Source of the DNA: Chiloscyllium plagiosum
Taxonomy: Eukaryota
Assembly: GCF_004010195.1 (NCBI RefSeq)
Contig: NC_057726.1
Span: 37,238,092 to 37,278,109, forward strand
DNA length: 40,018 nucleotides
Direction: 5' to 3'
The notes beneath the pieces were generated by a model, which had not been told where the DNA came from, did not search any database, and worked only from the letters and a program-made list of their open reading frames with translations. The position numbers and the translations under genes were made by a program. Shown here piece by piece: positions 12,601-24,600 of the stretch. The first letter of the stretch is position 1. Every line of letters starts with the position of its first letter.

Positions 12601-15600
12601 AGCTGTCTTAAATCAATACGTTCACATGCTGTATAATCCCTGTGTTGTAGGAGTTCATGCTCTGTTTTATTCCTTTCTCGAACATTAAGAATGACTAAAC
12701 TGGTGAAATGTTCTTGTAGCAAAGGTCTGGAGTTATCAAATGCAAAGTATGGTTTAATTCTCTCCATTTGTGCTTTTATTGTTCCTTTATGAATGGTCAC
12801 AACTTCAGAGATTTCTGTAATTACAAGAGAAAAGTAATGAGTCATGGTGAAACTTGCATTTTCTCCTATAATGGACAAAGCCCCAGCAAATCTGACAGTG
12901 TCACCATACTTAATATAGTACAAATATTGTACATTTACTTAATGAAAACAAATAAAGCAAACTTAATCTTTCTTGCTGCACAAGGTTGATTTATGTTGAA
13001 TTAAAGAGATTAGTATTTGTGCCTATATGACAACATCTGCTACAGGACTTTGCCCTACAAAAAAGGTTTATCTGAAAACAAAATAATTGGAACCTGAATA
13101 ATGGAGGCTTACTTGTGTATATAAAGGATTGTAAGGCATCAGATAAATTGTAGATCATTTTAGGAATTCAAATACGTCTTGTAGAAAGATAATAAGGTAC
13201 CCAATAAACTTGTTTAAACCGTAAAGTACTTCATTCTACAATGTAATAAACACAGTGTGCTATAAAAATGAACACTGGTGCATTCAGTATAAGAAGACAA
13301 GACACCATGGAATTGAAAGCTGTCCTTTGTTTAAGTAGCTGATTCTTTCTGATGTACCATGCAGAATAATAATGGCATGGCTTCCATCCAATCTAATCCA
13401 GGAATCCATGATGTTTGCAATGTAAATCAATTAGAACTTCGAAAAAAAAATCAAAGAGAATGAAATGTGCAGAATTTTTCAGTGTAAGTGAACTTGATAA
13501 AACCGGGCACTACACAAGTTAATGACAATCAGTAGAGTGGAAGCATGCTATTGTGGAGTAGATGGCCTGGATTAGATAGTGACCTGAATGTGAATGGGAT
13601 AGCTGATGAGGAACATGATGAAAAGACCAATTTAGGAGGAGTGCCTGTAAGTAACTCTGGCTGGAAACTGATGTTGGGAGTTTCCTACTATGATACCCAC
13701 TTCCAAAACTGGGATGAAAATTGCTCTCTTTAAGTGTGAAGACATCAAACCAAGCAACATCAATACAGATGTGACAATGGGTCCAAGTCTTTCATCAAAA
13801 TTAGTGAACAGAAACATTAGGATAATCTATATCAATACAGATTTATCTATAATGAGTTTAAATTATGTTCCCATCAATATTAAATAATTTCAAAATCAAT
13901 GGATCCAAGCTATTAACAATACTAGAATACTAAATGTGGAGATGTCATTTGTTACTAATACCCAAGAACTTATCTTTTACAAATCATGCCTACCTTCAGG
14001 GAAATCGGTTATTTGGATTTTTTCATTGGTTCCCTCAAATGAAACAATTGGTAAGTTTTCATGGAGAAGATCAATACTTGGCCTGTCAACTTTGTCAGTG
14101 TAGGATTCCAGTAGTGTTGTTATAAACTGTTTTAAACCAGGATAATAGTCTTCTGTGTCTTGCAGTACATTGAGAAAATTAGCACATGATTCCTGACCTC
14201 TGTGGCTTAGCATGTCGAGAAGAGTTCGCCCTTTATCAACGTCTGGTTTATCTTTTATTGCATTGTGGTCGTCTTCAGATATTATTTTCTTATTCACTAA
14301 AAGGTTTAAAAGTGGCAGTATATTTGGGCTGATGTAATTTACCACTGTTCGACGACCTTCTTCTATAGCATTAATTGCCCAGTCAGCACGCTTCAATTGT
14401 GATGGAAAATATCCAGGATCCTCACAAGCACCTGTTAAGAATGTTATAAAATCATTAAAAATCAAACTAAGCTAAATTTTAGAACTAATAGGACCATATT
14501 ACACAAAATTGACTGACTTATAGTTTTTTTTTCAATTTTGTAACCTACTGCATTAACTTGTCTGGCAATTTTAAATCATGGCTTGAAGTTCTAATTATTT
14601 CACAGATTAAGTAATGCAGATACAATATTTATTTCCCAAATAATCATACAAGGGTTGCTATTGTCTATTTTACCTATGTGTGTTTGACCTTTCAGTGAAC
14701 AGGTATTGGGGTCCCCTTAAATGTTTGAAGCTATTGCTGCTAAAAAGGAGCTACCTCAATCCAGGGAACGTTCTTCTTCCAGAGTAACTCTCAGATACCT
14801 CCAATACTGAGTAATGCAATGAATGTGCTAAAGGTTGCTCACAATTACATTATCTACTTCAGGAACTTGTACATATAAGTCGGGGATGTTTGCTGAGTTC
14901 TCTGGAACATAGTAGGTAAAAGTCATGGGAAATGGGGTAAATTATTAAAAATAGCTAGTTCTGCCTTTCCTCCAAGGACCCCACAGTATGTAAGTTGCTG
15001 GTATTTCAGGATCATAACTTGGAATGGAATATGAAATAATCTTTCTCCTCTCTCTCTTGCATAAGGTATTGACTCTTTGATCAAGTGTAGAACCATGGAT
15101 GTCTATTGGTTTCTGATACCGGATCCATTCTTTACAATTGAGCAGAGACTGATCTTGCACCATCTGACATTCACACTCGGTGAACGGCAAGGATTGTTGC
15201 AAACAATTCAGATGCTGAGGTTAATTTTGGTAGCTCTGTCATGGATAAGCTAATTTTACAAAGGGCTAAAATTTAATTTTAGAACCTCTTACTACTGAAG
15301 TAAACAAGTCAAGGGTGTGTTTTCTGATTTGTAAAGTTAGTTTCCAAAATGCTTAGAATACTTGGACAATATTGTAGAATTCTGTGCAGTGGAGCAGCAT
15401 TTCTGGTTAAGGCAGGGTACGCTCAATCTAAAATCCAGTGGAATTGGCTGCAGATAGAAGATGCTCCCTTTTTGCAGAGTGCCGCATGTTTGCAAACAAC
15501 AGAATAAGAAGATCAGATCTCAGAAATTCCATCACTTAAACAAGAGTTATGGTTGACTCATTTCAAAACAAAAGAAAAGTGATTGAATTACCTGCTTGAC

Positions 15601-18600
15601 AATTTCTATTTAAAACATAAACTTTGAAAAATAGAAAAAGAAACTATTTTCAGTTGGTTTCCCACAATTTCAAGCAGGTAAAATTTTCATGCTCAGCTTT
15701 CTGTACTGGAGTTTTTAATCATAGTGTTCACCATGGGCATTCCCATAAGAGGAACTGGAAGAAGAAATAACAAGGGCTTGCAGGCTAAGGCCACATCACT
15801 GGAAAAGGAGGAAAAACTTCCACCAGCACTAGCAAACCATTTCCCTCCAGGTAGTGCTGCATTGTCAATGTCATGTTGGATACTGTGATTGAAAGTTGTC
15901 ATGATTCGTGCAATCTATCAAGTTGTCCAAAATGGCCCTCTTTGTGAATAAGATGTTCATCCAACTAGTTTAAGTTTCGAACCACACCTTAACCAATTTG
16001 AGAAAACAGGCAGAAAGACGTCCAAAAAGCCTTTGCTTGTCACTATAAGATCTTATTTTCATCTTTGAATCCTCTGCAACTGTGAAGATATTGTACACAC
16101 ACACAAAGAGATTGTAGTGAAAGGTAAGGTGGCTTTAAATAGCTTGTCTTGGTTGCTTCGGTGAGGTTACGAAACTTCTTTTCACATTGCAAAGAAGATC
16201 TACTTGTAGAAAGAGCAAACCACTATTATGGTAGAATTCTGGGCCCAGCCCCCAACAGAACATCTACAAGCACCACATTTTTAGTGGAAAGTTGAATATG
16301 ATTTAAATAGAAAAAGATTTCTAAAGGCTGCAGTGCAGAAAAATTTGGGGGTTCTTGCGCATGAATCATAAACAGAAAAAGCTAGTATTCAATCTCATAG
16401 AATCCCTACAGAATCGCTATAGTGTGAAAACAGACCCTTTGGCCCAACAAGTCCACACCAACCCTCCGAACAGTAACCCACCCAGATTCATTCCCCTACC
16501 CTATATTTACCCCTAACTAATACACCTAACCTACACATCCCTGACACCATGGGCAATTTAGTATGGCTAGTTCACCTAACCTGCACACCTTTGGATGTGG
16601 GAGGAAACCAGAGCACCGAGAGGAAACACGGGAGAATGTGCAAACTCCATACAGACAGTTACCCGAGGGTGTTCGGGAAGGGAACTGCAATGTTGGCCTT
16701 TATTTCAAAGGAAATGGGAGCATAAAAGTAGGGACAACATGATAAAATTATACAAGTCACTTGTCAGACCATAGCTGGAACACTGAATAGCTTTGATCCC
16801 TTAATGGAAGAAAAAGTATACTGTCACTGAAAGGTTCACTCGGTTGATTCTGAGTATGAAGGGGTTTTTTTTATGAGGAGAGGTTGAGTAGGTAGTGCTT
16901 GTACTCACTGGAGTTTAGAATAATGACAGTGATCTTATTGAAACATACTGGATTGTTAGGGGTTTTACAGGGTAGATGTGGAGAGAGTGTTTCCCCTTGT
17001 GGGAGAATCTCTGACCAGAGGGCATAATCTCAGAGTGATGAGTCATTCTTTTAAGACAGATATGAGGAGGAATTTCTTCTCTCATGGGATAATAAGTCTG
17101 TGGGATTCATTATCACAGAGGGTTGTAGAGACTGGGTCATCAGGGCTGGGGAGAACGCGGGTATAGAGTACTGAGTTGAATGATCAGCCATGATCAGCTT
17201 GGATAACAGAGCAGGGTCAAAGGCCCCAGTGGCCTACTCCTGCTCCTAGTTTCTAAGTTTCTATATTCAAAGTTGAGATGGACAGATTTTTAACTAGTAA
17301 GACAATCAAGGGTTAAAGGGATCGGGTAAAAAGGTAGAACTGAGGAATTATCAGTTCAGTTATTATTTCATGAAATGGTGCAGCATAATTTATAGGCTGA
17401 ATGTCAACTGCTGTTTCTACATCTTACTCTCTTAAGACTGCCATTAGAAAACATACAGGCCCAGCCCAAGTTCTTTCTCCTGATGTTCATTATCGGTATC
17501 TTTGATCTGTCTGTCACTGTTCCTGCTCAGATTTCTTGTTTTTAAGTCAATACACAGATAGACTTTTTAAGCAAGAGCAGTTTTTAACCACAGCCATGCA
17601 ACAAGATCCAGATCTCACTGCAAATAGTTTTGTCCAACATTTCCTAGTCTCCCTCTTCGCTTTATCTTTTAAAATTGAGAAAAATGTAAGAGCAATGACC
17701 TGACAATTGTTAAAACTTTTGTTTCCAGAAGAACCATTAGGTGCTTTGAAATTTTGAGACCAAATTAGTTTCAACAAATTGCTTAGCTTACAAAATAATT
17801 TACCCTTCAATTACCACTAGTTTTGTATAAAATCAGGAAAATGTTGAGAGAAATCTGCTTGCTGGAAGCCTGTTAATTTAGCCACACGTTCGCTCATCAC
17901 GTTTAAAGGCTGCTCTTCGAATCATTCCAACAAGAACATACTTTGTTTCTCTCTATTGCTGGACACTTTCACTGTTTATTCTCTTTACTACAACTAAATT
18001 TCTGCTCATTGGACAAAGAAAATCACATTAAGATTGTTGACATGGGTAAAAGGAGCAGCAAATGAGCTACTAAAACTTTAAACTTAGCAATCGAGTCAAT
18101 ATTCTGAGGCCCTGACAGTACCTTCTGTTCACTTTATTTGGGACATATTGGCAACAAATTTTCAAATACACCGTAAATGTCATAGTGTGATGTTAAGAGA
18201 TGAGTGTACAAGGTATCTGCATAACATTTCTTTGACCATTATATTAAGTAAATAATTTACCCATGTAAAATAAGTTATTGCCCTGCCTTCCATGATGTCT
18301 ACTAACTCCATTCCTGCCTCAGTTTATTTGCTGCTGAAACAGTCAACCATGCTTTTGTTACCTCTAGCCCTGACCTATCCAAAACTCTCCTGATCGCCTC
18401 CCATATTCCATCCTTCATAAGCTTGACCTCATCGAAACTCTGGTGCCCATATCCTAACATACAATAAGTCCTGATTATCCGTCAGCCCTGTGTTTGCTGA
18501 CCTATATTGACTTTTAGTCCCACAATGTCTCAATTTAAAACTCTAATACTTGTTTCAAACCTGTCCATGATCTTCCTGCTCAATATTGCTGTGCACTTCT

Positions 18601-21600
18601 CCAGACAAACCTTTACAATTCCCAGACTATTCTAATTCTGGCCTCCTGTGCATCTCCAACTTTAAGGGTTCCACCATTGGTGATCTGCTGCCTTAGTCCT
18701 AAAGCTCTGAAACTCTCTATCTTAACCTGCCTGCCTCTCGATTTCGTTCTCTCCTACCATACACAGCTTAATTCTTCACTCTGTGCCCAAGTTTTTGGTC
18801 AACTGTCCTAACATCTCCTACTATCTCAGAATCAAACTTCGTAATGCTCCTGTGAAGTGGCTTGGAAAATTTTATCATGTTAAATGTTTTACGTTAAGTG
18901 TCAGTTGTACCTGTTATTAAAATATTAGACAGAGGAATTAAGTTAAATATGTGAAGTCTTGTCTGCTAATATTACGCACAATAATATGAAGGCTATCATA
19001 TGCATAGCTATGTACTGTCAAAGAATTCCTATTTTGTTATTTAATCAATTTTGACACTGACTAATACAATTCTAATTTTATTATGCAGTAAAATAAATGT
19101 AACTCACCTTTGGTTTCCAAAGCAATAACTTTTGAAATACTGTGTTTCAGAGCATCATGCTGGACTTCAAAAGAATATATCAGCTTTCTTTTTGTAGCTT
19201 CTGTATTTCTGAAGGTGAGCTGAGATACTAAACTGTATGCTCCACTTCCTTTGTGATTTTCTAAAGACATGGCAATGTCATGTTCTCCTTCCGTGAAGTA
19301 CATTGTTTTGTCTTGTTCACTCTGATAATAATCCCCGATTTTTCTGTATTCCAATTGTTTTACAGATGATGAGGTGCTGTTCCATTTACTGATGAGAACT
19401 TTCTGGAAGTTACCCTCTTCCTCTCTGTACCAAGAGACTTTGACAGCTTTCGGCTTGAACCAGAGAACTGCACAAGCCAGAGAGACTGAATCATCTGTAT
19501 GGAAATAGTTTGGTTTGATGATGTCTGTCACTTTTGGAGCAACTGAAAAAAAGAACAAAGAGGAACAGAATCTCTTAAACAAACTGCCATTCTTGTAATG
19601 TGCTGCATTGATCATTTTCCTAGCTTTTGAACTTATTTTTATGCACCATTTTCTTTGGGTAGGTGCTCGAAGATATTCTTTGTAAGCAAATGCATTATAT
19701 TGTATCAATTGTATGATGTAAACCAATGTATTAGTTACATTTGTATTGTATTCCAACAAAAGCAGCCAGGTGGACCTCAGAATATGAGTTCCCTGATTGG
19801 GGCTGCTAATCTGGTCCAATCAGGGTGCCCTGGCTGACACTGAGAGCTGGCTCTGAGGGAGCTGGATCAATGTCAAGGGCTCTCCATGTGTAAATAAAGG
19901 GTGACTTGGTCACGGGAGACTGGCCTCTGTGGAGTTTGTTCAGTAATCACTTTTAAACACATAACTGTGTTATTGTGTTTTCCCCAGCAATGAATGTGAA
20001 CTGGTTGTGAAAGAGTTCTATTGGTGAAAGCTTGTCTCATCGTGGTGAAATTGGACAGCCATGAAAGAAAGAAGACAGTTTCTGGGCTAACCATGCTATT
20101 GGAATTAATACACAACATACTTGGAAATGTCAGGCCAGGTCCCTGAAATGGAGATTTGTCACAGATGCCTTGTTGATCTTGACAATGAACACTCAGACAG
20201 GTGCCAATATGTTTTTTTCACCCCAAGGTACAAGTTGATTAGGTTGCAGCTAGAGTGTTTTCTGCAATTCTGGAATCCACAATATAGGAGGGATGCTATT
20301 GCACTGGAAAGACTGCAGAGGAGATTTACCAGGATCTTGCTTGGGCTGGAGAATTCGAGTCATGAACGGTTATGAGATTGGCCGGGATTTTTTTTCTTTG
20401 CAGCAAAGGAGACTGGTGGTTGGTGGGGGTATGATTGAGATTATAGAAGTATGGAGTCATAGATGTGGTAGATCGAAAGGAACATTTACCCTTGATGCAA
20501 GAATCAATGACAGGTGGCATAGATTTATGGTATGGGGCAAGAGGTTTAAAGGAGAAGTGAGGACATTTTTTTCCACTCAGGGAGTGATGAGAATCTGCAA
20601 CTCACTTCCTGTAAGGGTAGAGGAGGCAGAAACCCTCACATCATTCGAGACATATTTAGATGTGCACTTGCAATGTGAAGAGAAAGTGAGGACTGCAGAT
20701 GCTGGAGATCAGAGCTGAAAATGTGTTGCTGGAAAAGCGCAGCAGGTCAGGCAGCATCCAGGGAACAGGAGAATCGACGTTTTGGGCATAAGCCCTTCTT
20801 CAGGAATGAGGAAAGTTCCTCATTCCTGAAGAAGGGCTTATGCCCGAAAGGTCGATTCTCCTGTTCCCTGGATGCTGCCTGACTTGCAATGTGAGGCATA
20901 GTAGACTATTGGCCAAGAGCTGGAAAATGGGATTAGGAAAGTTAGATACTCATTTTTGACCAGTGCAGACTCGATGGGCTAACGTGCCTTCTTCTGTGCT
21001 GTAGGCCTTTGACACTATGATGCTAATGTCACATTCATTGTTAACATAGTTCTGGAAGACAACCCGTACTGAGAGCAAGATATGATGACGTGGAGGTGGT
21101 CCCAGCACAGCCATGATAGGATTAACACTAGAATCAGAGTTGAGAGTGTGTTGCTGCAAAAGCACAGCTGGTCAGGCAGCATGCGAGGAGCAGGAAAATC
21201 AACGTTTTGGGCCGGTGCCCTTCATCAGGTCCAGCTCGAAACGTTGATTTTCCTGCTCCTCGGAGGCTGCCTGACCTGCAGTGCTATTTCAGCACCACAC
21301 TCTCAACTCTGATCTCCAGTATCTGCAGTCCTCACTGTCTCCTAACAGTAGAATCAGATAACCCAATTTAAGACTTTGCCTTATTTGCCATGGGGCAGGA
21401 TCAGAAGTGCATATAAAGACAGACCAAATAAATCAGCTTTGCTAGCCAAAAACTGGGTTCTTTGAAAGAGGAAGGGTAGACTGATCATCCATCAAAAAGA
21501 TATGCCAGGAGTTTCAAGGAGCTCTGACCACCTGAGATAAACCCTAGCTTACTAGTGCCTGGGTCATTAGGGGTATGTACAAATTCATATACTACATCTT

Positions 21601-24600
21601 ATAGATTAAATAAAGGCATTCTACACAAGTGGAACAGGATCTAATTTTCTATGCCATTTCAATGCCTACAGTGAAACCCACAAAAATGTGTCTTATGACT
21701 GGGTCCCTTTCCCTTATATCTTCAACTAATCTAAATGGTTAACAACTTTCAATCCCAATGGACAAAAATTGATTTATCTTCTGAAATTCAGGATTTAAGC
21801 AGTAAAAAAAGAAACCAAATTTCAAAGCAGGATTGAGAACCCAAAATGTGAATATTTTCCAGGCCTCATCTCAGTAATCCTCAGCTATTTTTAAAAATAA
21901 ATGCCTGAATTGGGCAGGAGATATTCTCAGTGTCCAATTGGCTGCAATGAAGATCTCTATGAGGTGGGAACGGTCAGCCTGATATCAGCAGCAAATGTTG
22001 ACAACAGCAATACTCAGGTCTGTCGCATTCTAAAGAGCAGGTAGCTCTTTAGAGGGTTAGCTTGCCTTAATAGAAGGAATGTAGACGTGCAGCCAAATGC
22101 AGATAATACCCATGCCACTGCCCCACATGCCCTGCACAAACACTTTTAAGTCAATGTAAGTACATTTTCAGGTCTCCCCACTATGAACTGACAGCTGGTT
22201 ATTACATGCATCAGATTGTTCAGGTTCACTGGACTTCCTTTTGAAAATGACAGTGCTATCCTCCCTGCCTCTAAAGGAGCTTAATGTTATTTGGAGATGA
22301 GATGCTTCCAGATTCTCTCTTCTCTGCTTTCACTCCTAAAAATAGCAACCTGTCCCTGAAGTGTCAGGATCCAGAGAGAATCCGTGAATGTGATTTTAAT
22401 ATCATTGCTACACAAGGTCCTGATCCCACTGGGAATTGAAAAGTGAGAAAGTGTCAGCATAAAAAAAACCCATCAGGAATGTATAGTTGAATGCTGTGGA
22501 TGATAAAAATAATTACAATCTATGGTACCAGAAACAGCAAGATATAGTACTATCTTTAAAAATGATTTATATTATAATATCTTCTACCTTACATCATTGA
22601 TAGAGCATCACTCTTACATGAACTGCTGAGGGGGCCAACACCTTTTAGGGAAACTAGAAATGGAAATGTGTTGCTGGAAAAGCGCAGCAGGTCAAATGCC
22701 CATTAAATTCAGTCTTGCCAAATTCACCCCATTCCCAAAATACCAAGTTCCAGAAAGTCTGATCATTTACCTTTTCCTTGATTGTTGCAAAAAATAAATG
22801 TCCAAAAACAAATGGCCATGGTGATCACAAAGGTTAGAAGAAAAGTGAACAATGTTCCTGATCTTATTCTTGGGTTGGATCCTAGAGAAATGCAAGACCA
22901 AAGACGTGTTAGTGTTGATTTAGCCAACACAGACAAACAGCAGTGAATAACTAGGATTCATCACAGGAAACAGAAAAGTTCTCACAACACAGTATAAGGC
23001 AGCATTACACCTGACGAATCGTAAACCTCCTTTATTGATAAATGAAGCAGTGGCCCCTCTTCTGTTTATAATCTCTGGTGAATAGCCCAAATATTTTGTA
23101 AGTCAAATGGCCTTACTATAGTCCATCTAATATATTAGATAAGCTTGAAATTTTTAAAATGTATTTCAGAGGACACCCATTAGTGGAATTCTTTCAGTAG
23201 AAATAGAAACGTGAAATGTGTGACAGTTCTGCATCTGCACAGCAATTTAGATTGTGATGTCAGTAAGAAAATAATTACTTATTGATTCAACATTCTACTC
23301 AGTCCCGCTCTGCACCCAAGATACACTACACCTAAAGTCTGTTTAGAAAATAAAATTTTTCATCTTTTTACCCTGAGGATCCAAAGCTGGCTTTATCAAA
23401 GTCTGCGTTTTACGGATATGAGGAGTGCAATTTGGTGATCATAATAAAAGCCATATGTTGATGAGTAGTACTATGACAATGAGATGGAAAAGAACTGCTT
23501 TGCTAGCGGTTAGAAAAAAAAAGTCATTTTTAACTGTTGGGCAACATAGATTAGATTAGATTACTTACAGTGTGGAAACAGGCCCTTCGGCCAAGAACTG
23601 CTTTGCTAGCGGTTAGAAAAAAAAAGTCATTTTTAACTGTTGGGCAACATAGTTAGCACTGCTGCCTCACAGTGCCAGAGACCCAGGCTTGATTCCAGCC
23701 TTGGGTGAGTGTCTGTGTGGGGTTGTACATTCTCCCTGTATCTGAGTGGGTTTCTGCTGTTTGCTCTGGTTCCCTTCCACAGATGTGCAGGTAAAATGGA
23801 CTGGTCATGCTAAATTGGCCTATTGTGTCGAGGGATGTGCAGGCTAAGTGGGTTAGCCATGGGAATTGCATGGTTACAGGACTAGGGTAGGCAGGTGGGT
23901 CTAGGGTGGGGTGTTCTGAATATCGGTGCAGGCATGATGGGCCAAATGGCCTCTTGCACAGGGTAGGGATTCTATGTCTCTGTATTTAAACATTTAGGCA
24001 TGCAACAGAAAGGGTTATTTTGGCTTGTATGTAAGATCCGCTACCAAACCCTGAAAAGGATTTGTAATAATAGAGGCTCCAAAGAGTAATTTTCCACTCT
24101 ACACTGATACCATTGAGGGAAAGCCAATTTCATGCAGACTTCATTGATAAATCCTCTGGAATACACACAAAAAACAACTGTGACTTGGGGTAAATAGCAA
24201 AAATGTTCATTTCCATATTTTGACCAAGGAACAAAAGAATCCACTTTAAAACTTCCACATAAATTAGATTGTTTACTAGACATAATGGAAGATTATTGCT
24301 TTGTCATCCTGTAATTTTCAAATGAATTTGTGTGAAAGTCTGGCAGTATTTCTATTCAACTATCCCTCTGAAATGTGAAAAACCTTCATAAATGCTCTGC
24401 AATTTAAAAGAACACGTAAGCAGAGAACAATCTGAATGATGAAACAAATCTGTGACAAAATTAAAATCTGGCAAAACTTTTTATAATGAATCAATATTTA
24501 TACTTGAAGGAACCAAATAATGTCTGTTACTTATAATGATCCATCTGTTGTATGGCTCTCTTATACAAATTCAAGCCAAGACCCCCAAAGTGGAAAAATA

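Noticed and set aside
12815-12923. N-terminal extension of the 614-aa ORF (likewise the extensions at 19543-19819 and 36370-36415)
   Set aside because: These lie upstream of clear acceptor sites and show no domain similarity; treated as intronic.
564-14431. Assigning the symbol NOD1 or NLRC3 (or NCR3LG1/TAPBP for the Ig half)
   Set aside because: Only family-level similarity is visible; orthology needs phylogeny and synteny.
15693-15902. ORF with PLLFLLPVPLMGMPMV as a possible TM exon before the CARD
   Set aside because: Proline-rich and short; the nearby acceptor (15799) gives a stop after four codons in the required phase 1.
17481-17545. Hydrophobic reading FFLLMFIIGIF
   Set aside because: On the plus strand, opposite to the gene, with no exon context.
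18943-19014. Hydrophobic stretch YIAMHMIAFILLCVILA just downstream of exon 5 as a TM/terminal exon
   Set aside because: Needs a phase-0 acceptor whereas exon 5 ends in phase 1; the phase-1 reading is not hydrophobic.
23642-23705. tRNA-like sequence
   Set aside because: Degenerate SINE head, not a complete tRNA gene.
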